Shown one piece after another: positions 55,255-64,000 of a DNA stretch of 64,000 nucleotides. The DNA lies in contig CAWKBC010000040.1 of assembly GCA_963847705.1 (NCBI GenBank), positions 64,001-128,000 on the forward strand. Reading direction: 5' to 3'. The notes below the pieces were generated by a model. The model searched no databases and was not told the origin of the DNA. It was given only the letters and a program-made list of their open reading frames with translations. Positions within the stretch are counted from its first letter, which is position 1; each line of letters starts with the position of its first letter. This stretch comes from an uncultured Pseudomonadota bacterium. GTDB lineage: Bacteria > Myxococcota_A > Polyangia > Fen-1088. Position numbers and translations under genes: made by a program.

Positions 55255-58200
55255 ATGCGATTCAGGCTCCCTCTCGTCTTTTGTGCACTCCTGGCTTTGG
55301 GTGGTTGTGGCGGTTCGTCGGGCGGCTCAGCCGGCACGGGCGGCTCGACCGGTCCAGGTGGCTCGGCCGGGGTGGGCGCCAAGGGCGGCTCGGGGGGACA
55401 GAACACCGGTGGCGCAGCGGGCGCCACCGCGGGAAATGACGCCGGTGCTGCGGACGGCGGAGGGGTGACCACCTTCGCCGTCGGGGGCACCGTGACGGGC
55501 CTGGCCGGCAGTGGTCTCACCTTGCAAGACGGCGCCGGGAACCAGCTCTCGGTCACCGCCAACGGCGCATTCACCTTCGCCACCAAGCTGGCCGCGGGAA
55601 CGAGCGTGAGCGTGACGGTCGCGCATCAGCCGTCGGCGCCGACCCAGACCTGCCTGGTGTCGGGCGGAACGATCGCCGCCCTGAGCGCGGACCTGACCGG
55701 CGTCTCGGTCGCCTGCACGACGGCCAGCTACACCATCGGCGGGACGGTCGCCGGGCTCACCGGCTCCGGTCTGATCCTGCAGGACAACGCGGGGGACGAC
55801 CTGGCCGTGAGCGCCAGCGGGTCGTTCGTCTTCGCGACGCCCGTCTCGAGTGGAAAGACCTACACCGTCTCCGTCAAGACGCAGCCGGCGGCCCCGGTGC
55901 AAACCTGCCTGGTGTCGGGCGGCTCGGGCACCGTCGGTGCCGCCAACGTGACCAGCGTGTCGATCAACTGCGCCGTCAACAAGTACACCGTCGGGGGAAC
56001 CGTGAGCGGATTGGCGGGCACCGGGTTGGTGTTGCAGAATGAAGCCGGCGACGATCTCTCGCTGACCGGGAACGGCTCCTTCGCGTTCCCGACGTCGGCG
56101 TTGAGCGGCGCCCCCTTCGCCGTCACGGTCAAGACGCAGCCTTCGTCGCCCAAGCAGGTCTGCTCGGTCAGCCAGGGGAACGGCACCGTCGCCTCCAGCA
56201 ACGTCACCTCCGTCATCGTCATCTGCTCGACCGACAGCTACGCGGTCGGCGGCACCGTGACCGGCCTCGTCGGATCGGGACTGGTTCTGCAAGACAACAA
56301 CGGCGACAACCTCTCGGTGTCTGCGGCGGGCACGTTCACCTTCGCCACCCCGGTGGCCGACGGCTCCGTCTACAAGGTGACGGTCCTGACGCCGCCCACC
56401 TCCCCCAGCCAGACCTGCACGGTGACCAACGGCAGCGGCACCATCGCCGCGGCAGCGGTCTCCAACGTGAGCGTCGCCTGCACGACCAACTCGTTCGCGG
56501 TCGGTGGCACGGTGGTCGGTCTGATCGGGACCGGGCTGACGCTTCAAAACGAAGGGGGCGACGACCTGGTCATCAGCGCCAACGGGAACTTCCAGTTCGC
56601 GACCCCAATCCTCAGCGGCGGCGCTTTCTCGGTCGCCATCACCACGCAGCCGAGCGCCCCGGCGCAGAGCTGCTCTGTCTCGGGCGGGACCGGGACCGTG
56701 GGCGCCGCCGCGGTCACCACGGTGACCGTCAACTGCGCCACCGATCAGTTCACGGTGGGCGGCAACGTCACCAACCTGGCCGGCAGCGGGCTCACGCTGT
56801 CGCTGAACGGGGGCGCCTCGACCCTGGTGGTGGGGAACAGCGGATCGTTCTCGTTCCCCAGCACGCTCCCCAGCGGAATGACCTACACCGTGTCGATCGC
56901 CAGCCAACCGACCAGCCCCTCGCAGACCTGCAACGTGACTGCCGGCTCCGGCACGATCGTCAGCTCGAACATCACGTCGGTCGCCGTCGACTGCACCACC
57001 GACATGCACGCCATCGGCGGCACCGTCACCGGCATCATCGGGATGGGGCTCACCCTCGAGGACAACAACGGCGACGATCTGGCGCTCACGGCCGACGGCA
57101 CCTTCGTCTTCCCGACCGACATCGCCAGCGGCCAGGGGTACAGCGTGACGGTGTCCGCGAATCCCACCAACCCCTGGCAGACCTGCGTCGTGTCCAATGG
57201 CTCGGGCGGCGTCACCAGCAGCGACATCACCAGCGTGACGGTCGCCTGCACCACCGACATCTTTCAGGTCGGTGGCAGCATCAGCGGCCTGGCGTCGGCG
57301 GTCACGCTCAACGACGGAACCGACTCCCTGGTCCTGAGCTCGAACGGCGCGTTCGCGTTCCCCACCAGCCTGTCGAGCGGCGGCAGCTATGCCGTCACCG
57401 TCACCAGCCAGCCGACCAACCCGACCCAGACCTGCACGGTCACCAGTGGATCGGGCACGGTGGCCGGGGGCGCGATCGCCGACATCACCGTCTCCTGCAC
57501 GACCAACACCTATGCGGTCGGCGGCATGGCCTCCGGGATTCTCGGGAGCGGCCTCACGCTCCAGGACAACAACGGTGACGATCTCCTGGTGAGCGCCGAC
57601 GGGGTGTTCACCTTCGCGACGCCGGTGCCGAGCGGTGGCAGCTACAAAGTCACGATCAAGACGCAGCCCTCTGCCCCCACCCAGACCTGCACCCTGGGCG
57701 GCGCGACCGGCTCCATCGGGGCCTCCGCGGTCTCCAGCGTGACCGTCAACTGCTCGACCAACTCGTACATCGTCGGCGGCACGGTCACCGGGCTGACCGG
57801 CAGCGGCCTGGTGATCCAGAACAACGGCGGTGGCGATCTCTCCATCTCGGGCTCGGGCACCTTCGCCTTCGCCGCGCCGGTCGCCAGCGGTCAACCCTAT
57901 GCGGTGACCGTCAAGACCTCGCCGACCAATCCCTGGCAGACCTGCACCGTGACCGGCGGCAGTGGCACGGTCACCAACGCCGACATCTCGGCGCAGCTCA
58001 ACTGCACCGCCAACCCCTACCCCGTCTCCGTGGCGGTGACGGGCCTGGCGGGGAGCGGCCTGGTTCTGCAGGACAACGCTGGCGACAACCTGGCGATCAC
58101 CGGCAACAGCACCTTCACCTTCGCCGCGCCGGTCCGCAGCGGATTGACCTACGCCGTGACGGTCCTGTCGCAGCCCACCAACCTTTGGCAGACCTGCACC

Positions 58201-58800
58201 GTCACCGCGCCGGCCGGCACGATCGCCGGCGGCGGGGTCACCCTGGCCGTCAACTGCGTCGACAATCCCTACACCGTCAGCGTCAACGTCTCCGGGTTGA
58301 ACGGCAGCGGGCTCGTGCTGCAAGACAACGGCGGCGACAACCTGGCGGTCGGGGCCAACGGCACCTACACCTTCGCCACCAGCGTGCAGAGCGGCAGCCC
58401 CTACGCCGTCACGGTGGCGACCGCACCCTCCTCGCCGGCCCAGAGCTGCGCGATCACCAACGGCAGCGGAACCATCTCCAGTGGGCCGGTGAACAACGTC
58501 AACATCGTCTGCACCAACATCGTCGTCTGCAGCACCGCCGCAGAAAACGGAACGGCCGCGCTCTCCTGCCCGGTCGGCCAGAAGATCTCGGCGGTCAACT
58601 TCGCCAGCTACGGCACCCCGAACGGGACCTGCGGCTCCTTCACCGTCGACCCGACTTGCAACGCCACGACCAGCACGCCGGACGTCAGCACCGCTTGCCT
58701 GGGCCTGAACAGCTGCAGCATCGGGGCGAACAACGGACAGTTCGGAGACCCCTGCGTCGGGACGGTCAAGAGGCTCTACATCTCGGTGACCTGCCAGTAG
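55255..58800 (+). CDS. Surface lipoprotein: 12 ~85-aa beta-rich repeats plus a C-terminal SUEL/Gal_lectin-like domain
   Basis: LGGC lipobox; repeat Y.VGGTV.GL.GSGL.LQ.N.GD.L...G.F.F....QP..P.QTC...V.C; terminal ENG..LSCP..FASYGTP.GTC..CLG.NSC..FGDPC.GT.KRL. Confidence 0.9.
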   Translation: MRFRLPLVFCALLALGGCGGSSGGSAGTGGSTGPGGSAGVGAKGGSGGQNTGGAAGATAGNDAGAADGGGVTTFAVGGTVTGLAGSGLTLQDGAGNQLSVTANGAFTFATKLAAGTSVSVTVAHQPSAPTQTCLVSGGTIAALSADLTGVSVACTTASYTIGGTVAGLTGSGLILQDNAGDDLAVSASGSFVFATPVSSGKTYTVSVKTQPAAPVQTCLVSGGSGTVGAANVTSVSINCAVNKYTVGGTVSGLAGTGLVLQNEAGDDLSLTGNGSFAFPTSALSGAPFAVTVKTQPSSPKQVCSVSQGNGTVASSNVTSVIVICSTDSYAVGGTVTGLVGSGLVLQDNNGDNLSVSAAGTFTFATPVADGSVYKVTVLTPPTSPSQTCTVTNGSGTIAAAAVSNVSVACTTNSFAVGGTVVGLIGTGLTLQNEGGDDLVISANGNFQFATPILSGGAFSVAITTQPSAPAQSCSVSGGTGTVGAAAVTTVTVNCATDQFTVGGNVTNLAGSGLTLSLNGGASTLVVGNSGSFSFPSTLPSGMTYTVSIASQPTSPSQTCNVTAGSGTIVSSNITSVAVDCTTDMHAIGGTVTGIIGMGLTLEDNNGDDLALTADGTFVFPTDIASGQGYSVTVSANPTNPWQTCVVSNGSGGVTSSDITSVTVACTTDIFQVGGSISGLASAVTLNDGTDSLVLSSNGAFAFPTSLSSGGSYAVTVTSQPTNPTQTCTVTSGSGTVAGGAIADITVSCTTNTYAVGGMASGILGSGLTLQDNNGDDLLVSADGVFTFATPVPSGGSYKVTIKTQPSAPTQTCTLGGATGSIGASAVSSVTVNCSTNSYIVGGTVTGLTGSGLVIQNNGGGDLSISGSGTFAFAAPVASGQPYAVTVKTSPTNPWQTCTVTGGSGTVTNADISAQLNCTANPYPVSVAVTGLAGSGLVLQDNAGDNLAITGNSTFTFAAPVRSGLTYAVTVLSQPTNLWQTCTVTAPAGTIAGGGVTLAVNCVDNPYTVSVNVSGLNGSGLVLQDNGGDNLAVGANGTYTFATSVQSGSPYAVTVATAPSSPAQSCAITNGSGTISSGPVNNVNIVCTNIVVCSTAAENGTAALSCPVGQKISAVNFASYGTPNGTCGSFTVDPTCNATTSTPDVSTACLGLNSCSIGANNGQFGDPCVGTVKRLYISVTCQ

Positions 58801-58849
58801 GCCGCCGGAGCAGACGCCCGGAGCGGCTCCGGGCGTGTAGTCTTGGGGC

Positions 58850-59470
58850 ATGTTCGTGTTGGGAATCGCCGGCGGGACCGGGTCCGGCAAGACCACCGTC
58901 GCCGAGCGACTTGTGGCGGGGCTGGCCGGGAGCCCGCTGGTGGTCATCGATCACGACGCCTACTACCGCGATCGCTCGGCGATGCCTGCCGCCGAGCGGC
59001 TGCTCGTCAACTACGACCACCCGTCCGCGATCGAGACCGAGCTGCTGGTCGCGCAGCTCGCCGATCTGCGCGCCGGTCGGGCGGTCGACATCCCCCAGTA
59101 CGACTTCCGCCAGCACGTGCGCCGCCCCGAGACCCGCCGGGTCGAGCCGGCCCCCGTCGTCATCGTGGAAGGGATCCTGGTGCTGGCGGACGAGCGCCTT
59201 CGTGCCCAGATGGACCTGAAGATCTTCGTCGACACGGACGCTGACATCCGCCTGATGCGCCGGCTGGAGCGCGACATCGAGCAACGCGGCCGCACCTTCG
59301 CCCAGGTGCGCGAACAGTACGACGCGACCGTGCGCCCGATGCACCTGGCGTTCGTGGAGCCGTCCAAGCGGTTCGCGGATCTCATCATCCCTGAAGGGGG
59401 CGACAATCGCCCGGCGCTCGACACGATCATCGGCCACCTCGCCCAGGTGACCGCCGCCGCCGCCAGGTAG
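58850..59470 (+). CDS. udk: Uridine kinase
   Basis: GIAGGTGSGKTT, NYDHP, RRLERD, FVEPSKRFAD. Confidence 0.95.
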   Translation: MFVLGIAGGTGSGKTTVAERLVAGLAGSPLVVIDHDAYYRDRSAMPAAERLLVNYDHPSAIETELLVAQLADLRAGRAVDIPQYDFRQHVRRPETRRVEPAPVVIVEGILVLADERLRAQMDLKIFVDTDADIRLMRRLERDIEQRGRTFAQVREQYDATVRPMHLAFVEPSKRFADLIIPEGGDNRPALDTIIGHLAQVTAAAAR

Positions 59471-59608
59471 CGCCGACTCGACCGCCCGGTCACGATCCGG
59501 CATTGTGACAACAATCACGCCCCGAAAGATGGGGTAGTACCGCGGAATTACTCATGAAACTGCGATTGGGCCGGGCCCCACCCTTCCACTGAGCGGGATC
59601 GGCCCTTC

Positions 59609-59626
59609 CTTACAGTTTGGTGACAA
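59609..59626 (-). promoter_or_regulatory. Pho box-like site upstream of phoU-pstSCAB
   Basis: Minus strand TTGTCAC-CAAA-CTGTAAG resembles the PhoB consensus CTGTCAT-N4-CTGT(C/A)A. Confidence 0.6.
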
Positions 59627-59686
59627 CGTGCAATTTTTTGGTTTCGGGCGCCGTGACGGCCCTCAAGGATTGTACGTTCCCGCTCC

Positions 59687-60367
59687 ATGATTGAGCCGAC
59701 TGACCGGGAATTCGCCCACGAGCTGAGGACGCTCAAGGATCGCCTCTCGGCGATGGCGGCGCGTGCGGCCGAGCAGATCGCTCTGGCCATGGAGGCTCTG
59801 ACCAGTCAGGACGACGCCCTCGCCCGACAGGTGATCGATGGCGACCAGCTCATCGACACCGACGAGAACGAGATCGACAAGCTCGCGATGCACATCCTGA
59901 TGTCGCGCCACCCGCTGGCGTCCGACCTTCGCTTCGTGACCATGGCCCTCAAGTTCGTGGTCGACGTCGAGCGGATCGGCGACCTGGCGGCCGGCATCGC
60001 CAAGCGCGCGCTGGAGCTCAACCGCCTCTCCAGCCTGGACGGGCGCGTCGATCTCACCCGCCTGGCCACGCTGGTGCAACGAAACCTGCACCTCGCCATC
60101 GAGAGCTTCGTGCACGGGAACCTCGACGAGGCCAAGGTGGTCATCAACGCGGACGCCGAGATCGACCGGCTCAACTCCAGCCTGTTCGCGGAGCTCATCG
60201 CCAACGTCGCCGCCGACCCGGCCACCGTCACCCGGGTTCTGCCCCTCACCTCGGTCAGCCGCTACCTCGAGCGGATCGGGGACCACGTCAAGAACCTGGC
60301 CGAGGAGGTCATCTTCATGGTGTCTGCCACCGACGTGCGGCACCTGGGACGAAGTCCCTCCAACTGA
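59687..60367 (+). CDS. phoU: Phosphate signalling protein PhoU
   Basis: PLASDLR, DVERIGD, YLERIGDH. Confidence 0.95.
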   Translation: MIEPTDREFAHELRTLKDRLSAMAARAAEQIALAMEALTSQDDALARQVIDGDQLIDTDENEIDKLAMHILMSRHPLASDLRFVTMALKFVVDVERIGDLAAGIAKRALELNRLSSLDGRVDLTRLATLVQRNLHLAIESFVHGNLDEAKVVINADAEIDRLNSSLFAELIANVAADPATVTRVLPLTSVSRYLERIGDHVKNLAEEVIFMVSATDVRHLGRSPSN

Positions 60368-60431
60368 CACCGACGCGATCGCCATCAATTTCACGACGAC
60401 ACCCTCAAACTGACTTCAGGAGACCGCAACG

Positions 60432-61457
60432 ATGATCAAGAAACTGGCTTCTCTCGGCACCCTGCTCGGGCTCAGCTGCGCGACGATCGGTGTCGCCTTC
60501 GGCGGCGGCGTCACCCTGAACGGAAGCGGCTCGACCCTCTCCAAGCCTTATCAGGAGGTGGCCATCGACCAGTTCAAGAAGACGCACAAGGGCGTCACCA
60601 TCAACTACGGTGGAGGCGGCAGCGGCAAGGGGCGGCAGGATCTGGCCGACAGCGTGGTCAACTTCGCCGGATCCGACTCCCCCTTCAAGCCAGATGACGC
60701 GGCCAAGGCCAAGGGCGGAGCGATGCTCTACTTCCCCATTCTCCTGTCCCCGATCGCCGTCATCTACAACGTGGACGGCGTGGACAAGCTGCAGCTCTCC
60801 GCCCCGGTGATCGCCAAGATCTTCCAGCGTGAGATCACCAGGTGGAACGACAAGGCGATCGCCGCCGACAACCCGGGCGCGAAGCTGCCCGACGCCGCGA
60901 TCGTGGTCGCGCACCGCGCCGACGGCTCGGGCACCACCCAGAACTTCACCGAGTTCCTGAACGGCGCGGCCAAGGGGGTCTGGAAGCTGAAGAGCGGCTC
61001 GACCGTCGAGTGGCCGAGCGACACGCAGGCGGGACAGGGGAGCTCCGGCGTCGCCCAGATCGTCAAGTCGACCAAGGGCGCCATCGGCTACGTCGACCTC
61101 TCCGACGCCAAGGCCTCCGCGGTCAAGTACGCCAGCATCAAGAACAAGGCCGGCAAATACATCGAGGCCACCCCGGCCGGCGCCTCGGCCGCGGGCGAGG
61201 GGATCGAGGTCAAGGACAACCTGCTGTTCAGCGCGCTCGACGCCAAGGGCGACAAGGCCTATCCGATCACCGCGCAGACCTGGGTCATCGTTTACGCCAA
61301 GCAGCCGGACCACGCCAAGGGAGAAGCCCTGAAGGCCTATCTCACCTTTCTCGTCAGCGATGGTCAGAGCCTGCTCACCGATATCGACTATGCACCGCTG
61401 CCCCAGGGATTGCGGGACAAGGCGCTCAAGCAGGTCGAGAAGGTCATCCTGCCGTGA
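60432..61457 (+). CDS. pstS: Phosphate ABC transporter binding protein
   Basis: GSGST, GSGKG, FAGSD, HRADGSGTT, YPI. Confidence 0.95.
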   Translation: MIKKLASLGTLLGLSCATIGVAFGGGVTLNGSGSTLSKPYQEVAIDQFKKTHKGVTINYGGGGSGKGRQDLADSVVNFAGSDSPFKPDDAAKAKGGAMLYFPILLSPIAVIYNVDGVDKLQLSAPVIAKIFQREITRWNDKAIAADNPGAKLPDAAIVVAHRADGSGTTQNFTEFLNGAAKGVWKLKSGSTVEWPSDTQAGQGSSGVAQIVKSTKGAIGYVDLSDAKASAVKYASIKNKAGKYIEATPAGASAAGEGIEVKDNLLFSALDAKGDKAYPITAQTWVIVYAKQPDHAKGEALKAYLTFLVSDGQSLLTDIDYAPLPQGLRDKALKQVEKVILP

Positions 61458-62335
61458 GTGAGGAGAGGATCGACTTACGGGGACAGCGGGAGTACAGCGA
61501 CCGCGCCTTCGCCAAGATCACGGCGGGCGCCGCGGGCCTCGTATTGTTGATCCTCGGACTCATCGCCATCACCATGACTCGCCGGGCACTGCCCGTGTTC
61601 GGCGCGATGGGGGCGAAGTTCTTCACCTCGACGCGCTGGTCTCCACCAGACGACCTGTTCGGGGCGCTCCCCTTCATCTGGGGGACGGCCTTCACCGCGG
61701 CCATCGCGATCGTCATCGCGGTGCCGATCAGCCTAGGCGTGGCGCTGTTCATGACCCAGGTTGCGCGCCCCGGTCTGGCGCGGCCGCTCGTCTATCTCAT
61801 GGACCTTCTGGCCGGGGTTCCTTCGGTCGTGTTCGGCCTGTGGGGAGTTCTGGTGCTCTCGCAGCTCTTCGACCTGGGCCGTTCGTTCCTGACCGCCGGC
61901 ATCATCCTGGCGATCATGATCATCCCCATCATCACCTCGCTGGCGCGCGAGGTCATCGATACCACCCCCCCCGGCGACAAGGAGGGGGCGCTGGCGATGG
62001 GGACGACCCGCTGGGAGATGATCACCGAGACCGTCCTCCCCCACAGCGCCGGGGGGCTGGTGGGCGCGGTGATGCTCGGTCTCGGACGCGCGATGGGCGA
62101 GACCATCGCCGCCGCGCTGGTCATCGGCTCGGCGCTGGGTCAGATCACGCTGCGGGCGTTCGCCCCCGGCAATTCGATGCCCGCGGTCATCGCCAACGAG
62201 TGGGGGGAGGCCCAGGATCTCCACAAGTCGGCGCTGATCGCCCTGGCGGTGACGTTGTTCGTCATCACCATCCTGGTCAACCTGGTGGCGACCGGGATCG
62301 TTCAGCGCTCGATGAAGCGGGGGCAAGGAACGTGA
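61454..62335 (+). CDS. pstC: Phosphate ABC transporter permease
   Basis: LLAGVPSVVFGLWG, LGLGRAMGET; GTGA coupling. Confidence 0.95.
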   Translation: MSEERIDLRGQREYSDRAFAKITAGAAGLVLLILGLIAITMTRRALPVFGAMGAKFFTSTRWSPPDDLFGALPFIWGTAFTAAIAIVIAVPISLGVALFMTQVARPGLARPLVYLMDLLAGVPSVVFGLWGVLVLSQLFDLGRSFLTAGIILAIMIIPIITSLAREVIDTTPPGDKEGALAMGTTRWEMITETVLPHSAGGLVGAVMLGLGRAMGETIAAALVIGSALGQITLRAFAPGNSMPAVIANEWGEAQDLHKSALIALAVTLFVITILVNLVATGIVQRSMKRGQGT

Positions 62336-63237
62336 GCGCCGCGAACTTCACGGCGGAGATCGTCGTCCCGCCGGACCTGACGGCGAAGCGGAGCTGGCGG
62401 TCGGTCAAGAGCGCGATCATGACCGGGCTCATGATCGCCTCGGTGGTGGCCGTCGCCTTGCCGCTGGTGGCCGTCGTCTGGGCGATCTTCTCGCGCGGGA
62501 TGGCCGTCGCGTTTCGTGGATTCCCGCACTTCTTCGTCGACGAGATCCCGGTGATCGCGCGAAAGGCTGGACCGGGGATGGGCCCGGCCATCCTGGGAAC
62601 GCTGCTGGCCACCGGTGCGGCGACGCTGATCGCCGTGCCGCTCGGCGTGGCCGGCGCGGTCTACCTTCACGAGTACGGGGTGAAGAACCGCTTTTCTCGG
62701 CTGGTGCGGTTCATGTCCAACGTGATGACCGGGGTTCCGTCGATCGTCATGGGCCTCTTCGTCTACGTCACCTGGACGCTCCGGTTCGGCTACTCCGCGT
62801 TCGGCGGTTCGCTGGCCCTCGCCTGCCTCATGCTTCCGGTCGTCATCGGTTCGACCGAGCAGATGCTGAAGCTGGTGCCGAACCATCTGCGGGAGGCGTC
62901 GTACGCGGTCGGCACCTCCAAGAGCCGAACGATCCTCACGGTGGTGCTGCCCGCCGCCATGCCGGGCATCATCTCGGGCTCCCTGCTGGCGGTCGCGCGC
63001 GCCGCCGGGGAGACCGCGCCGTTGCTGTTCGCCACGGGCGCGGCGACGGAATACAACCCGAACCTGTTCGTCGAGGCGAACACGGCGCTCTCGCTCCAGA
63101 TCTTCGGCAACGCCACCTCGTCGTTCGCCGCGGCTCAGGACCGGGCCTGGGGTGCCGCGCTGACCCTGGTCATGCTGACATTTGTCATCACGTTGATTGC
63201 CCGATTTGTCACGGCGCGCTTTGCCCGCCGGAGGTAA
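62332..63237 (+). CDS. pstA: Phosphate ABC transporter permease
   Basis: GVPSIVMG, LREASYA, ARAAGETAPL, AWGAAL. Confidence 0.95.
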   Translation: MSAANFTAEIVVPPDLTAKRSWRSVKSAIMTGLMIASVVAVALPLVAVVWAIFSRGMAVAFRGFPHFFVDEIPVIARKAGPGMGPAILGTLLATGAATLIAVPLGVAGAVYLHEYGVKNRFSRLVRFMSNVMTGVPSIVMGLFVYVTWTLRFGYSAFGGSLALACLMLPVVIGSTEQMLKLVPNHLREASYAVGTSKSRTILTVVLPAAMPGIISGSLLAVARAAGETAPLLFATGAATEYNPNLFVEANTALSLQIFGNATSSFAAAQDRAWGAALTLVMLTFVITLIARFVTARFARRR

Positions 63238-63243
63238 GAGGAA

Positions 63244-64000
63244 ATGCCCTTGGAAGACGTAAAGAACAAGAAGACCGATGGCCGGCCCATGATCCGGCTC
63301 CCCCCCCAGGCGGCCGTCAAGCCCGAGGGGCCGGCGCCGAGCGCTGCCGTCCAGCCGAGCGTGGTCTTCAATCTGGACAAGCTCGAGGTCTTCTACGGCG
63401 CGTTCCGGGCCGTCCGCAACGTCAGCATGCAGATCTTCAAGAACGAGATCACCGCCTTCATCGGCCCGTCCGGTTGCGGCAAGACCACCGTCTTGCGCTG
63501 CTTCAACCGGATGCACGACGTGACCCCCGGGGCCCGGGTGGCGGGCGGCCTTCGCTACCACACGGCCGATCTGTACGGACCCAACGTGTCGGCCACCGAG
63601 GTTCGCCGGCGCATCGGCATGGTGTTCCAGAAGCCGAACCCTTTTCCCAAGAGCATCTACGACAACGTGGCCTTCGGCCTGCGCTCCAAGGGCATTCGCT
63701 CGAAGAGCGAGATCGACGCCCAGGTCGAAAAGTCGCTGCGCGGCGCGGCGCTCTGGGACGAGGTCAAGGACCGGCTGCGGGCCTCCGCCCTGGGCCTCTC
63801 GGGCGGGCAGCAGCAGCGGCTGTGCATCGCCCGCACCATCGCGGTCGGCCCCGAGGTCGTGCTGATGGACGAGCCCTGCAGCGCGCTCGATCCGGTGGCG
63901 ACGGCGCACATCGAGGAGCTGATGCGCGAGCTCAAGCAGAACTTCACCATCGTGATCGTCACCCACAACATGCAGCAGGCGGCGCGGGTCAGCGACAAGA
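63244..64000 (+). CDS. pstB: Phosphate ABC transporter ATPase (partial, runs off the window)
   Basis: [38 protein letters not shown]. Confidence 0.95.
   Translation, partial: MPLEDVKNKKTDGRPMIRLPPQAAVKPEGPAPSAAVQPSVVFNLDKLEVFYGAFRAVRNVSMQIFKNEITAFIGPSGCGKTTVLRCFNRMHDVTPGARVAGGLRYHTADLYGPNVSATEVRRRIGMVFQKPNPFPKSIYDNVAFGLRSKGIRSKSEIDAQVEKSLRGAALWDEVKDRLRASALGLSGGQQQRLCIARTIAVGPEVVLMDEPCSALDPVATAHIEELMRELKQNFTIVIVTHNMQQAARVSDK

Noticed and set aside
55327-58947. 1206-aa minus-strand ORF
   Set aside because: Antisense shadow of the repeat lipoprotein

Overview
High-GC window with the gene content of a Myxococcota/Polyangia-like bacterium (Gly-rich and Cys-rich lipoproteins, PEGA-type Ser/Thr kinases); the taxonomy is inferred from gene content only. 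Bases 1-11.2 kb are accessory DNA. Two 54-bp copies of the 3' half of a tRNA-Leu(CAG) (1506-1559 and 11132-11185) bracket a ~9.6-kb integrative element. It carries an intact tyrosine integrase, an overlapping excisionase-like HTH ORF, matching arm-type repeats inside both ends, a stand-alone candidate HEPN RNase, eroded XRE and Cas4/AddB-like nuclease remnants, and host-like cargo (GNAT, rhomboid, vWA and BNR lipoproteins). Bases 1-1505 are the right end of a second element at the same tRNA. The rest is mostly host backbone: a SARP/BTAD-ATPase regulator with methyltransferase and DUF4242-like genes; an ECF42-type sigma with two YciI/DGPF genes; a MocR-regulated reductase/M24/MOSC/APC cluster; a DEAD/DEAH helicase; mtnA plus a class II aldolase; and a divergent twin FIST signalling locus whose two different output proteins share one N-terminal module. 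It continues with LigB, DTW and YaeQ genes, a xylan locus (two CBM lipoproteins and a frameshifted GH10), two Ser/Thr kinases, a 12-repeat lipoprotein ending in a SUEL-type lectin, udk and the phoU-pstSCAB operon. No CRISPR array, rRNA or complete tRNA was seen. All family calls come from motif recognition, not database searches.
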